Part shown: positions 8,508-19,537 of the stretch, piece by piece
How the letters are laid out: each line of letters begins with the position of its first letter
Numbering within the stretch: position 1 is the stretch's first letter
Source: an uncultured Gammaproteobacteria bacterium
GTDB taxonomy: Bacteria > Pseudomonadota > Gammaproteobacteria > Steroidobacterales > Woeseiaceae
NCBI GenBank assembly: GCA_963697245.1
Contig: CAVONH010000021.1
Location: 59,080 to 123,079 of the forward strand
DNA length: 64,000 nt
Direction of reading: 5' to 3'
Notes under the pieces: model-generated
Told to the model about the DNA's origin: nothing
Seen by the model: only the letters and a program-made list of their open reading frames with translations
Databases searched by the model: none
Made by a program: the position numbers and the translations under genes

Positions 8508-9959
8508 TCAGGGAGCCAGCGGAGTATCGTCGATCAGGATGACGCCAAGATCGGTTGCCGCGTCGCCGGGGAGGGCGTCGCGGGCGATAACGGTGTAAAT
8601 GCCGCCGTCTTGCAGCACAACGTCCTGGAGCGGGCCGATGGCCGGTGTACGCGACCCGCTGACGGTGACCGTGATGTCGTAGGTACCGCCCGCAACCGAG
8701 AGGTAGCCGGTATTGGCGAGATACGCTACGTCGGTCAGTGTCGGAGCGACGCTCTCGTCGGAGATATCGGTGCCCGGTGCCGTCACGTAGATGTCGACGG
8801 TGTCCGGGTCGAGCGACGCGGCGGTTACCGATGCATGGATGATGCGTACCTTGGCAAACAGCGGAATCGGGCGCGGATCGTCACCGGCGAGCGTGACCGT
8901 CAGTTCCTCGATGGTCCCTTCGGTCCCGCCGAGGCGACCGACGGCTATGACGTCGGTTGTCGTTCCGGCCGCGAACTCCAGGTCGGCAGGACCGATTGCG
9001 GCGCCTTCGACGCCGGCACCGGCGGGTGCTACTGCAACGGAGTAGGTGCCTGCCGGAACCTCAGTGGGGCCGTCCGCGGGCTCGAAGTTGGGGAACTCGA
9101 GTCCCTCGATCAGCGCCGCGCCGTCGGCAAAAACGTCTACCGCGGGCGTGTTGTTGGACGCGTGAACCACGCGGAGTGCAGCGGGAGTCCCGTTGCTGAG
9201 GATTTCACTCGAACCATCGCTGTCCAGGACAACGAGGCTTACCGGCGACTCGCCGAGCGTCGTGTTGGGAACTGCGGCGATGACGAGGTCCGCACCGTCC
9301 GGCAGCGTCACCGTGCCGGAATCGTAGGCCAGCAGGAAGTTAGCGTCACCGGGCGTACCCACGCCGACGCGGATCTGGTAGTCGCCCGCCGTCAACTCGG
9401 CCGGGCCGTCGGCCGGGAGAGTCTCCTTGAAGTTAAACGAACCCAGCGGTGCCGCAGCGGTGAGGTCGGCGTCGGGCGCCGTAACGTACACGTCCACGGG
9501 CCCTCCAACGAGCGCCTGCACGTTGTTGGCAGCGTGCAATACCCAGACGCGCGCAGCGCCCGCGGAAACCGGCGTGTCCGGCTGCGTAAGCACGAGCGGC
9601 TCGATGTTCTGCACGTCGTTCAGAGCAACGACCGTATTGATCGTGTCGGCCTCGAACGCCAGGTCAGCGGGGCCAATAACGGACGCATTGCCGCCCGGCA
9701 GGATGCCCTGCACCTCGACGGAATACGTCCCGGCGTCGAAGTCACCCCAACCGGACGAGTCCTTGTAGTCGACACCGGTTAGAGCGACCTCGCCATTGAC
9801 GAGGACATCCACCGCGGGGGCGTCAGGGGAGGCATGCAGGATCTGCACGATCGTGCTCGGAGCCGGCGGCTGGACCGGCGGCGTATCGTTATCGTCGGAG
9901 TCGCACGCGGCCAGCACGAGCGCGCCCGCTGCGACGATGAGTTTACCCAAGTGGTTCAT
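8508..9959 (-). CDS. DUF4397 repeat lipoprotein
   Basis: 483 aa. Signal peptide with lipobox (ALVLAAC). Repeated modules contain HASPDAPAVDVLVNG / HAANNVQ...VDVYV / HASNNTPAVDVFADG / HASVTAASLDPDTVDIYV, characteristic of DUF4397. Confidence 0.8.
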   Translation of the reverse strand: MNHLGKLIVAAGALVLAACDSDDNDTPPVQPPAPSTIVQILHASPDAPAVDVLVNGEVALTGVDYKDSSGWGDFDAGTYSVEVQGILPGGNASVIGPADLAFEADTINTVVALNDVQNIEPLVLTQPDTPVSAGAARVWVLHAANNVQALVGGPVDVYVTAPDADLTAAAPLGSFNFKETLPADGPAELTAGDYQIRVGVGTPGDANFLLAYDSGTVTLPDGADLVIAAVPNTTLGESPVSLVVLDSDGSSEILSNGTPAALRVVHASNNTPAVDVFADGAALIEGLEFPNFEPADGPTEVPAGTYSVAVAPAGAGVEGAAIGPADLEFAAGTTTDVIAVGRLGGTEGTIEELTVTLAGDDPRPIPLFAKVRIIHASVTAASLDPDTVDIYVTAPGTDISDESVAPTLTDVAYLANTGYLSVAGGTYDITVTVSGSRTPAIGPLQDVVLQDGGIYTVIARDALPGDAATDLGVILIDDTPLAP

Positions 9960-10109
9960 GGCGAAATCCTTTCGGTCTGTGAAAATGACGGAGAGAGTGT
10001 GCGCCTGAGGCTGCGACAGTGGGTTTCACCCCGGTATCAGGATGTTTCCAATTGTTTCGCCGCGCATCCTGCGCGGGACGGGGGTGACTTCTCGCGCTAT
10101 GATTCGGAA

Positions 10110-10806
10110 ATGACCAAGGTCCTTATCATCGACGACGATCGCAAGCACTCGGAACTCCTGCAGGAGTACTTCAAGCGCTTCGGCATTAAACTCATAACCG
10201 CGGGCGAGGCGAACGAAGGCTTTCGCAAGCTCGCCGTCGAGGATCCGGACCTGCTGCTTGCTCGACGTGATGTTGCCGGGCAAAGACGGCTTCGCAATCT
10301 GCCGCGAGGTGCGCAAGACCAGCAACATCCCGATCATCATGCTGACGGCCCGCGGCGACGTCATCGATCGCGTTTCGGGCCTGGAGCTCGGCGCGGACGA
10401 CTACATCGGCAAGCCGTTCGAACCGCGTGAGCTGGTCGCGCGCGTGCAGGCCATCCTGCGGCGCAGTGATTCGGCGGGCCCGAGCGCCGGCAAGCTGAGC
10501 TTCGAGGGGCTGGAGATCGACACCGAATCCCGTTCGGTCAAGGTGGATGGCAACAGCATCGAATTGACCTCGATGGAATACGAACTGCTGCTCATCCTTG
10601 CTCGCCGGCACGGCAAGAAGCTGTCGCGCGACGACATACTCGGGGAATTGCGGGGCATCGACGCGGCGATCCTGACCCGATCGGTGGATATCATGATTTC
10701 ACGTCTGCGCCAGAAGCTGGGCGATTCCGTGAAGCCGCCGCGTTTCATACAGACCGTGTGGGGGCGGGGTTACTCATTCATCGGAGTGCCGTTGAACGAT
10801 GACTAG
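10110..10806 (+). pseudogene. OmpR/PhoB-family response regulator, one frameshift as sequenced
   Basis: The receiver domain MTKVLIIDDDRKHSELLQEYFKRFGIKLITAGEANEGFRKLAVEDPDLLL is in frame 0. It continues in frame 1 as LDVMLPGKDGFAICREVRKTSNIPIIMLTARGD...ADDYIGKPFEPRELVARV, followed by a winged-helix output domain (IQTVWGRGYSF). A single extra base near 10256 (ctgcttgctcgac where ctgctgctcgac is expected) causes the shift. Confidence 0.85.
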
Positions 10807-12154
10807 ATGGCTGGCGCGATCACTGTCGTTCCGGCTCCTGGTCATCTTCCTGCTGCTCGGCGGCCTGTTCGTCTACGGCACACTGGCCGCAATACGCTGG
10901 GTGTACAACAGCGATGACGTCCGCGGCCTCATCAGCGGGCACCTGTCGCTGCACGTGCAGTACGTGCGCGAGGATATCGGCAGCCCGCCGCGCATCGACC
11001 GGGCAATCTCGATTACCGAGCGCGTGCCTGTCGACATCCGCATCCTCGGCCCGGATATCGACTGGGCGTCGGATCCGGCGTTCCCGCGGCTGTCGGAACT
11101 CGACTTCGGGCCGAGCCCGGCGTTCAGCAACGACCCGGACGCCTGGATCGACGAACTCCTCGGCGTCGAGTTTGCCAGGCAGGCCGACCACAATTTCCTG
11201 CGCATGTCCTCCGGCGAAAACGGCGAATACGACATCGTCGTGGTGACTCCGCGCATCGCGGACGTGCGCAGCGGACCTGACCTCAGCTACATCATCGTCG
11301 GCCTCGGCCTTACGTTACTGCTGCTCGGCTACACGGCCGTCAACTGGCTGTTCAAGCCGATACGCGCGATCCGCGCCGGGGCCGCGCATATCGGCCGAGG
11401 CAACTTCGACCACAGGATTGAGACCATCCGGCACGACCAGCTGGGTGACCTGGCCGGCGACATCAACAAGCTCGCAGCCGACGTGCAGAACATGCTCGAC
11501 GCGAAGCGTGCGCTGTTGCTCGGCATCAGCCATGAATTGCGTACGCCGTTGTCGCGGTTGCGGCTGCTCATCGAATTCATCGATGACGACAAAAAACAGC
11601 AGGACATCAAGGTCGAGCTGGTCGAGATGGAAAAGATCATCGTCTCGTTGCTGGAGGCAGAGCGCCTTAACAGTGGCCACGAGCCGCTGGCGCGTTCCGA
11701 GGTGCGGGTGCGTGCGCTCGTCGACGAGCTGATCGACGATTTCTTCACACGCGATCGCGACCGCATCCGGATCATCGATCGCAGCGAGGGGATCTCGGCG
11801 AATATCGACGAGGCCCGCGTGACCCTGCTCCTCAAGAACCTCGTCAGTAACGCTTTGCGCTATTCCCCCGCCGACAGCGGCCCGGTTGAGCTGACGTTGG
11901 CGGCAGAGGGCGACGAACTGGTATTCCGGGTGCGGGACCACGGCCCGGGCATCTCGCCGCAACAGGCCGAGCGCATCGGCGAACCGTTCTACCGCGGCGA
12001 CCCGTCGCGGACCCGCGATACCGGCGGCACCGGGCTGGGGCTGTATCTGGCGACCCTGGTCGCCCGTGCTCACGGCGGCACCCTCACGCTCATCGATACC
12101 GGGGAGGCCGGCGCCTGTTTCGAGGCCAGGCTGCCGCTCCGGCCCCGAACTTGA
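10799..12154 (+). CDS. Sensor histidine kinase (HAMP-HisKA-HATPase_c)
   Basis: 451 aa with two TM segments and a HAMP domain. H-box is SHELRTPLSRL. N/G boxes are NLVSNALRYS and DHGPGI...GLGLYL. The start overlaps the regulator stop by 8 nt. Confidence 0.9.
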   Translation: MTRWLARSLSFRLLVIFLLLGGLFVYGTLAAIRWVYNSDDVRGLISGHLSLHVQYVREDIGSPPRIDRAISITERVPVDIRILGPDIDWASDPAFPRLSELDFGPSPAFSNDPDAWIDELLGVEFARQADHNFLRMSSGENGEYDIVVVTPRIADVRSGPDLSYIIVGLGLTLLLLGYTAVNWLFKPIRAIRAGAAHIGRGNFDHRIETIRHDQLGDLAGDINKLAADVQNMLDAKRALLLGISHELRTPLSRLRLLIEFIDDDKKQQDIKVELVEMEKIIVSLLEAERLNSGHEPLARSEVRVRALVDELIDDFFTRDRDRIRIIDRSEGISANIDEARVTLLLKNLVSNALRYSPADSGPVELTLAAEGDELVFRVRDHGPGISPQQAERIGEPFYRGDPSRTRDTGGTGLGLYLATLVARAHGGTLTLIDTGEAGACFEARLPLRPRT

Positions 12155-12280
12155 CATAAGTCCACGGTTGCGTCGCCAGGCCCTTAGCACGGCAGGGGCC
12201 TGCAGCGCGTGCTTGACGTTCGGGCCTAATGATATCAAAATAATATCAATCTGATATTTACCCCTGCCGAGGAGAGGCCC

Positions 12281-13150
12281 ATGATTCGAGAACAAGTGCG
12301 CAAGGTATCCTCCGGATACCTGATGCTGGTTGTACTCCTGGTTGCACAGTTCGCGACGGCTTACTGGATCTACCGGGCCGTGGTCGTCATGTCGATTCCG
12401 CAGCTCGTCGCTGCCGTGCTGGCGGCCGTGATCGTGCTCATCATGTGGGCCGGCCTGTTCATGATCCACCCGAACGAGGCCAAGGTCCTGCAGCTGTTCG
12501 GCAGCTACGTCGGGACGGCGCACGAGCCCGGCCTCAAGTGGGCCAACCCGTTCTACCAGAAGACCGCGGTCTCGACGCGGGTACGCAATTTCGAAAGCGG
12601 CAAGCTGAAGGTCAACGACTCGAACGGCAGCCCGATCGAGATCGCTGCGGTCGTGGTCTGGAAGGTAGTGGACACCGCGGAAGCACTGTTCGAGGTCGAC
12701 GACTACGAGGAATTCGTGCAGATACAGAGTGAATCCGCGCTACGGAACCTGTCGACCACGTTTCCCTACGAGCCCCACGAGGGCGAGGGCCTGGCGTTGC
12801 GAAGCAACCCGGTGGAGATAGCGCTCGCACTTCGTAAGGAGATCCAGGATCGCCTCGAAACCGCCGGTGTCACCGTGATCGAAGCGCGCATCAGCCACCT
12901 CGCCTATGCCCCCGAAATTGCCAACGCGATGCTACGGCGCCAGCAGGCCTCGGCGATCATCGCCGCGCGCCGGCAAATCGTTCTCGGCGCCGTCGGCATG
13001 GTGGAAATGGCGCTCGACGAACTGCGCCAGAACCAGGTGATCGAGCTCGATGAAGAGCGCAAGGCGGCGATGGTCAGCAACCTGTTGGTCGTGTTGTGCG
13101 GCGAAGAGGGCGCCCATCCGGTGTTGAACACGGGCTCCTTGTACACCTGA
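12281..13150 (+). CDS. SPFH/band-7 (stomatin-prohibitin-like) domain protein
   Basis: 289 aa with two N-terminal TM helices. The SPFH core reads [48 protein letters not shown]...[27 protein letters not shown]. Confidence 0.8.
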   Translation: MIREQVRKVSSGYLMLVVLLVAQFATAYWIYRAVVVMSIPQLVAAVLAAVIVLIMWAGLFMIHPNEAKVLQLFGSYVGTAHEPGLKWANPFYQKTAVSTRVRNFESGKLKVNDSNGSPIEIAAVVVWKVVDTAEALFEVDDYEEFVQIQSESALRNLSTTFPYEPHEGEGLALRSNPVEIALALRKEIQDRLETAGVTVIEARISHLAYAPEIANAMLRRQQASAIIAARRQIVLGAVGMVEMALDELRQNQVIELDEERKAAMVSNLLVVLCGEEGAHPVLNTGSLYT

Positions 13151-13181
13151 TCAGCGAGACGACCGGGGAACGACGAAACCG

Positions 13182-13355
13182 ATGGCTGCCCGCAAGGCAT
13201 TTGCGCTGCGCATAGACGAGAAGACCCTCGCGGCGATGCAACGCTGGGCGAACGACGACCTGCGCAGCCTGAACGCGCAGATCGAGTTCGTCCTGCGTGA
13301 AAGCCTGCGCAAGGCGGGACGTTTGCAAAAGGACAGAAACGCCGCCGGGGACTAG
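13182..13355 (+). CDS. Arc/MetJ-like ribbon-helix-helix micro-protein (57 aa)
   Basis: Below the ORF-track size cut-off. ATG at 13182, 32 nt after the SPFH stop. Translation: [57 protein letters not shown]. This is an RHH pattern. Confidence 0.55.
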   Translation: MAARKAFALRIDEKTLAAMQRWANDDLRSLNAQIEFVLRESLRKAGRLQKDRNAAGD

Positions 13356-13362
13356 CCGCCGC

Positions 13363-14866
13363 TCAGTGCCGCTGCCGTCGTTCCGAGTCGCCGCGCGACG
13401 AGGCGTGTTTCCTGCGCTCGGTGTTGTGCGCGGGCTTGCGCTGCTTCGCCGGCCGCTGCCTGGACTCGCTGGCCGATTCACGCCGCGGCGGCGGCGTCGA
13501 GCGGCGCTCCTGCCTGGCGTCGCTGCTGCGGTGTTCAACTCGTGCAGTCCGCTCCGTGCGCGGCTGCTGACGCTGAGCGTACTGTCTCTGGCGCTCTTCG
13601 ACGCGGCGCTCGGGCCGGGCCGTGCCGCGCGGCGCCTGCCGCGCCTGCCGCTGATCCGCGCTGCGCTCTGCCCGCACGGCCTCGCGCGTTGCCTGTCGCG
13701 CCTGCCGCGGCTCGACGGCGCGCTCCTCCCGCCGCACCTGGCGATGCGCGGGCCGCGTTGTCCCCGGCGCCGCCGTTTGGCGCTGCTGGCGGCGATTGTC
13801 GGCCGCCGTGTGGCGCAGGCTCTGGCGCCGCTCGGTCTGGCGCGTCACCGTGGCCGCGTGCGAACGACGTTGCACGCTGCGCCCGCTGTAGTAGTCGCTA
13901 CGCGTAATGCGCTGGTTGTGCAGCCGACGCCGCGTGTCGTAGCGCGGCCGCCAGTGGTCGCCGCGACTGTATCGATGCTGCGGTACGGAGTAGCGATTGC
14001 GCGAGTAATAGTGGTTGTGGATCTGGATCGTCGGCCGCCGGTACCACCAGCCGTCCCAGTAGCGATAGCCGTAATACGGGTGACCGTGGTAGCTGTGGTG
14101 GATGACGTGCACGCTGTCGGAGACCCAGCCCACGCTGAAGGCGGTCGTGACGCCCCAGAAGAAGCCGCTGTTGAACGCGTGGCCTACCGGGTACGGGTAG
14201 TAGTAGACCGGATAGGCGCGCGGGTAGTAGTGGTAGACGGGCCGTGGCTGGTAGACCACGACGCGCTCCGGCTCGTAGTACGGCACGTAGATGACGTCGT
14301 CATCGACCGGGGTAATTTCGATCGCGCCGTCATTGCGTGCCACCGTCTGGTGCGCGTCGCTCTTCAGGTTGCCGGCCGCGTAGGCGCGGTCGCGGAAACT
14401 CTCCGAGTGCACCGACGACATCGGCCTGCTGGGCGACGACGGCCTCGCCGAGGCGCCAGGTCCAGTCGAGATCTTCATTGAGCAGTTCCACCACCTCGGG
14501 GTAGTTGAGCAGCGCGATGACCGAGTCGTCCCATTCTTCGTCGGGTTGCAGCGACGGGTCCGCCTCGAGGTCCTGGAGGAAGCGCTGCGCCTGCACCAGT
14601 TGCAGGGGGTAGGTGGATGCCGGCAGAACGATCGCGAGGAGGTCGTCGGGGTAAAGTGCAATCGGGCCGACGAGCTCCTGCAGTTCGGGCTGCGTCAGGA
14701 GCGGAATGTCCTCGTTGCCGGCCTGCGCATCGGGTTCGAACGACTCGTAATCCGCGAGCGGGGCGCCGCTGTCATCAACGGGGACCTGCGCGCCGACAGG
14801 CGTTACCGCCAGCGCCGCAAGCAGCGGCAAGAGGCGTGAAGTAAGTCTTGTGCGTTTGGCGTTCAT
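13363..14866 (-). pseudogene. DUF3300 domain protein with Arg/Gln-rich tail, one frameshift as sequenced
   Basis: The N-terminal ORF (14330-14866) has a signal peptide plus LQELVGPIALYPDDLLAIVLPASTYPLQLVQAQRFL (DUF3300 signature). It continues in the frame of ORF 13363-14661 from ...MSSVHSESFRDRAYAAGNL. The frame change is near 14420. Confidence 0.75.
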
Positions 14867-14965
14867 ACGGCCTCCCGGTCCTGCAGTCGTGGGCTACTGA
14901 GCCCACCTTGCAGACGAGATTAGCCGTATCTACCTTAACCGGCGCTTAACGCCGGGAAGCCCACG

Positions 14966-15433
14966 CTAGTCGTCGGTGCCGCCGTGCCAGGAGAGGAACT
15001 TCCAGCCGTCGTCCGTCCGCACGAGAATGTCGCTGTAGCGGCCGTTGTTCATCTCGACCTCGCCGTCCTTGTTCTTGTAGGCGGACGTGTACAGGTAATG
15101 CGCTACCGCGAAGTCGCCGTGGACGACGATCGCAAGCGGATACAGTTCGTGCGCGACGAGCTTGCCCTGCGATTCATTGAAGCGATTCCACATCTTCGTG
15201 GATGCCTTGTTGCGCGGGGCAGGGGAATTCTTCGGCCACCCGGTGAATTCGTCGACGAGCATCTCGTCCATCCACTTCTTGTCGCCGGCCTCGACGTCAT
15301 TCCACTGCTTCTCGACGACGGCCCAGATATTCGCCTGGTCAGCGGCCGTGTCCTGCGCGGCGGCCACACCGCACACCAGCAAAGCTGCAGCGGCGAGCAC
15401 GTACTTGTAGCAATTGAATCCTTGCATCCCCAA
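14966..15433 (-). CDS. Secreted SnoaL-like/DUF4440 (NTF2 fold) protein
   Basis: 155 aa with a signal peptide (LAAAALLVCGVAAAQD). The tail ...GRYSDILVRTDDGWKFLSWHG is typical of NTF2-like DUF4440 proteins. Confidence 0.6.
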   Translation of the reverse strand: MGMQGFNCYKYVLAAAALLVCGVAAAQDTAADQANIWAVVEKQWNDVEAGDKKWMDEMLVDEFTGWPKNSPAPRNKASTKMWNRFNESQGKLVAHELYPLAIVVHGDFAVAHYLYTSAYKNKDGEVEMNNGRYSDILVRTDDGWKFLSWHGGTDD

Positions 15434-15508
15434 AACCTCGATCTGGCGCCAAAGGTAGGCCGAGTTTAGACCGAATGGATGGTACCGACAATCGACCGGA
15501 GTGGCCGT

Positions 15509-16102
15509 TTACGCCGCACTGAGCCCCAGCGATTTCATTTCCTCGACCTGCTGCGCATGCAGCGAGGTTTGCGTATCGACGGAATACAGGTCGCGCAGGT
15601 CGGCACAGTCCAGGTAATCCGGATGGTGTACCTCGATCAGTGTCGCGTAGTCGATCGCCTGCCGGCCCTTCTCGAGCAACAGCCGGTACACGTGCATCGT
15701 CACGTCGGCCCTGCGGTCGAGGCGCATCAGGTTTGCAACCGGGTGGTCCGTGTCGTCGAGTGTGGCCGTGCCGACGTAGAGCGTTTCCTTGAAGATCGTC
15801 CAGCCGCTCGCCTTGAAAATAGCGCCGATGGATTTGCCGGCCAGGATCTGCGCGTGTTCGGCGTCGATCATGGCGTCGGGTTCGTCCTCGAAACGGACCA
15901 CCGCGTAGGTGCGGCAGGTGCGCACGCCGCGTTCGCTGCTGTACAGATTGGAACGCCGCAGTCCCGGTTCGCTGCTGATGACGTCGATGCCGTAGCTGCC
16001 GAAGCGCTCGGCAATACGTTCGCTATTGAGTCTCTCGGATTCGTGCGCGCAGGCATCCAGAGCCGCAGCGACGACCGACCGTGGAAGATTGTTGCCGTGC
16101 AT
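15509..16102 (-). CDS. Hypothetical protein (197 aa)
   Basis: The plausible start is MHGNNLPRSVVAAALDACAHESERLNSERIAERFGSYGIDV... (ATG complement at 16100-16102). The longer listed ORF (to 16612) is Arg/Ala-rich and antisense to the dehydrogenase gene. I recognise no family. Confidence 0.45.
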   Translation of the reverse strand: MHGNNLPRSVVAAALDACAHESERLNSERIAERFGSYGIDVISSEPGLRRSNLYSSERGVRTCRTYAVVRFEDEPDAMIDAEHAQILAGKSIGAIFKASGWTIFKETLYVGTATLDDTDHPVANLMRLDRRADVTMHVYRLLLEKGRQAIDYATLIEVHHPDYLDCADLRDLYSVDTQTSLHAQQVEEMKSLGLSAA

Positions 16103-16171
16103 AATACCTATTGCGGGCCTTTTGATGGCGCACCATATACTTTGGCACCGGCAGGGTAAAGGAGCAGGAAC

Positions 16172-17189
16172 ATGCGCGCGATGCTGTTGACGGCGACCGG
16201 GAGCCTCGACGCCAATCCCGGCGCCGCTGGTGCTCGCGGACATCGACGACCCCAGCCCCGGGTGACGACGAGATCCTGATCCGCGTCGCCACCTGCGGCG
16301 TCTGTCACACGGAACTCGACGAGATCGAGGGGCGCACGCCGCCGCCGCGCCTGCCCGTCGTGCCGGGACACGAGGTCGTGGGCAGGGTGGTGGCCGCCGG
16401 CGGCAAGGCGGCGCCGCTTCCGCCCCGGCGACCGCGTGGGCGTCGGCTGGATACACTCGTCGGACGGCACGGAGACCGAGAACATCAGCCCGGCATTCCG
16501 CGCCACGGGCCGCGACGTCAACGGCGGCTACGCAGAACTGATGACGGTGCCGGAGACGTATGCCGCCCCGATCCCCGACGCGTTCACCGACGTGGAGGCC
16601 GCGCCGCTGCATGTGCGCGGGCGCGGTCGGCTACCGCTCGCTGCGGCTCGCCGGGATCGAGAACGGCGACGTGCTGGCACTGACCGGGTTCGGCGGATCC
16701 GGGCATCTGGTGCTGCAGATGGCACGGTACCTGTACCCGGACAGCCGGATCGCCGTATTCGCCCGCAGCGAACGCGAACGCCGCTTTGCGCTCGAACTCG
16801 GCGCGGACTGGAGCGGCGACACGGACGAGCCGCCGCCCGAGGCGCCGCAGGCGATCATCGACACCACGCCGGCCTGGAAACCGGTCATCGCGGCCCTCGA
16901 ATGCCTGCGGCCGGGCGGACGCCTGGTCATCAACGCGATTCGCAAGGAAGATAGCGATCGTGAGCTGCTCGCGGGCCTGCGCTACGAGGACCACCTCTGG
17001 CTCGAGAAGGAGATCAAGACGGTCGCCAACGTGACGCATCGGGACCTCGCCGAGTTCCTGCCGCTGGCGGCGCGCGTGCCGCTCCACGTCGAGACGCAAA
17101 GCTATCCGCTCGAAGCGGCCAACGAGGCACTGAACGACCTGAGGCGCGGCCATATTCGGGGCGCGAAGGTTCTAACAATTGGTAGTTAA
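16172..17189 (+). pseudogene. Zinc-dependent alcohol dehydrogenase family protein, multiply frameshifted as sequenced
   Basis: Reading across frames gives MRAMLLTATGSLDANP / APLVLADIDDPSPG / DDEILIRVATCGVCHTELDEIEGRTPPPRLPVVPGHEVVGRVVAAGG / PGDRVGVGWIHSSDG...GGYAELMTVPE...EAAPL / LCAGAVGYRSLRLAGIENGDVLALTGFGGSGHLVLQMAR...GGRLVINAI. At least five frame changes lie near 16215, 16262, 16415 and 16605. Confidence 0.8.
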
Positions 17190-17204
17190 AACAATTAATT
17201 ATAT

Positions 17205-17233
17205 TTGAATATTAAAGTGATTTCTTGAATAGT
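17205..17233 (+). promoter_or_regulatory. Candidate sigma70 promoter for the DUF885 gene
   Basis: TTGAAT (17205-17210), a 17-nt spacer, then AATAGT (17228-17233), inside the AT-rich intergenic stretch 17186-17235. Pattern match only. Confidence 0.25.
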
Positions 17234-17352
17234 GTCCGGTCGTGACCGTCGTGGTTGCCACCGATCGGCGGAGCTTTTTGCGCCCAATCGGGTCGGACAT
17301 GCATCCTTGTTACACGAGAAGGCGCGAAGGCGCCCGGCAACGGAGAGACCCT

Positions 17353-19116
17353 ATGACCCAGGTAATTCGCGCGGCTGCCGCCGCGACCTTGCTCGTGCTA
17401 GGCGTAACGGCCGCGGCTGCCGATGAGCCCGGCTGGGTGGACAGGAGCAATGCGAACGCGCAGATCGTTCTCGAGGTACTGGCCGAGTTCAATCCGGAGG
17501 GCGCGGCCGGTATTGGCGTCGACGGACTCGATGAGGCGATCATCGACTACCGCCCCGGCCTTTACGAGCGGAACAGGACGCGTCCGAGGCCGTGCTGGCC
17601 GAGTTGCGCGGCGCCTGGCCGTGAGGACGGAGCCGCGCGTCCGCCAGGATCTCGAGATCCTGATCCAGGCGGTCGAGGACGGCCTGCGCAGCGCGCAGCT
17701 GACGCGCGACAACCTGTTGCCGTACTACAACGTCAGCCAGACCGTATTCGGGGGCGTTCGCGGGCTCGTGGATCCGCAGGTGCCGCGCGAACGCTACCCG
17801 GCCGCCGTCGTGCGCATGCAGAAGTACGCCGGGCTCGTTGGTGCCGACAAGCCGTTGACGGAACTCGCCATGGACAGGACGCGGGAACGGTTCGGCGTCG
17901 ATGGTCTCGTGGGTCCCTATCGCGGCGAAGTCACTGCAGGACCTCGAACGGTCCGAGTCCATCATCGGCGGCATCGAGGAGTTGCTTACCGGCACCGACC
18001 TCGAAGGCTGGCAGCAAACCTACGAAGTTCTCGCCGGGCAGCTCAGGGACTACAACGACTGGGTACGCGCCGAAGTCCTGCCGCGGGCGCGCACCGATTA
18101 CCGCCTGCCACCGGCGCTGTACCAGGATGCACTCCGGAACTGGGGCGTCGACGCGACCCCGCTCGACCTGATCGAGCAGGCGACCAAGGGCTACATGGAC
18201 ATCCGCAACGAGATGGAGGCGCTTGCGCCGCTCGTCGCAGAGGAGAAGGGCTACGACACCCGCGACTATCGCGAGGTAATCGCGCTCCTGAAGCGGGACG
18301 GCGCACTCGATGGCGATGAATTGCTCGATCACTACTACGACGTGCTGCGCGAGATCGAGGCCATCATTGTCCGCGAGAACCTCGTTACCCTGCCCGAGCG
18401 CGATGCCGGCATCCGCATCGCGACGGCGGCCGAGACTGCCGTGCAGCCTGCGGCGCATCTCGATATCCCGAGGTTGCTCGGCAACACGGGCGAGTACCCG
18501 TTTTTCGTGATTCCCAAGCTAACGCAGAACGAGGACGGCAGCTGGCAGCAGTCCGACGACACCTACGTCGCCGGCTCGTGGACACTGACCGCGCACGAGG
18601 CCCGGCCGGGCCATGAGCTGCAGTTCTCCAGCATCATCGAGTCCGGCGTATCCATCGCGCGTGCGCTGTTCGCGTTCAACAGCGCCAACGTCGAAGGTTG
18701 GGGCCTCTACGCCGAGGCTATCGTGCGGCCGTACCTGCCGCTGGAGGCGCAGCTGATCAGCCTGCAGTACCGCCTGATCCGCGCGGGACGCATGTTCCTC
18801 GACCCGATGCTGAACCTCGGCATGATCACCCCGGAGGCGGCGAAGCGGCTGATCATGGACGACATGGGTGTCGGCGAGGGCTGGGCGCAAAACGAAATCG
18901 AGCGCTACACCTACCGGATCCCGGGACAGGCAACCGCGTACTATTACGGCTACGGCAAGATGCAGGCCCTCCGGGCACAGACGGAGCTGCGGCTGCGGGA
19001 CCGACTTCGACCAGCGGGCGTTTCACGACTTCGTGCTTGCACAGGGCATCCTGCCGCCCGACATCCTCAAGGAATCGGTCATGAACGTCTTCGTGCCGGC
19101 GCAGCTCGGACGGTGA
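17353..19116 (+). pseudogene. DUF885 family (metallopeptidase-like, HExxH) secreted protein, three frameshifts as sequenced
   Basis: Signal peptide MTQVIRAAAAATLLVLGVTAAAADE. The body is read across ORFs 17242-, 17423-, 17901- and 18868-. Readable pieces: ...TAHEARPGHELQFS...EGWGLYAE...IERYTYRIPGQATAYYYGY...FHDFVLAQGILPPDILKESV. Frame changes lie near 17575, 17925 and 18995. Confidence 0.75.
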
Positions 19117-19149
19117 GACGGGGGCCGGGCGCGGCGCTATACTTTTTGC

Positions 19150-19512
19150 ATGAGCCACAACATCGCCTGTTTTCGCTGCGGCGCATCGCTGGCGTCGCTG
19201 TCGCTGCCGTTTTCCCGCCGTGACGAGTGTCCCGAGTGCAGTGCGCACCTTCACGTGTGCCGGATGTGCCGCCAGTTCGACCCGGCTGCAGTGGGCCAGT
19301 GCCTCGAGGACGATGCCGAAGACGTACGGGACAAGGAGCGCGTGAATTTCTGCGAGTGGTTCGTGCCCGCTGAGGACGCCTTCGATCCGGCGGCGAAAGC
19401 CGAGGCCGATAAGGCTAAGCAGTCATTGGACGCGTTGTTTGGCGATGCGGACGGGCCGTCGGAGGGCGCGGATGCGGCGCTCGGCGAAGCCGAGAAGCTG
19501 TTCCGGTCGTGA
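19150..19512 (+). CDS. Cys-rich zinc-ribbon protein (120 aa), hypothetical
   Basis: MSHNIACFRCGASL...RRDECPECSAHLHVCRMCRQFDPAAVGQCLED...VNFCEWF has CxxC/CxxC/CxxC spacing followed by an acidic tail. The ORF is intact. Confidence 0.55.
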   Translation: MSHNIACFRCGASLASLSLPFSRRDECPECSAHLHVCRMCRQFDPAAVGQCLEDDAEDVRDKERVNFCEWFVPAEDAFDPAAKAEADKAKQSLDALFGDADGPSEGADAALGEAEKLFRS

Positions 19513-19537
19513 CCCGGTCGGCCGCCGCCCCGTGACC

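Noticed and set aside
15509-16612. 367-aa version of the hypothetical gene
   Set aside because: The upstream 170 codons are Arg/Ala-rich and antisense to the alcohol dehydrogenase gene. The ATG at 16102 gives a compositionally normal protein.
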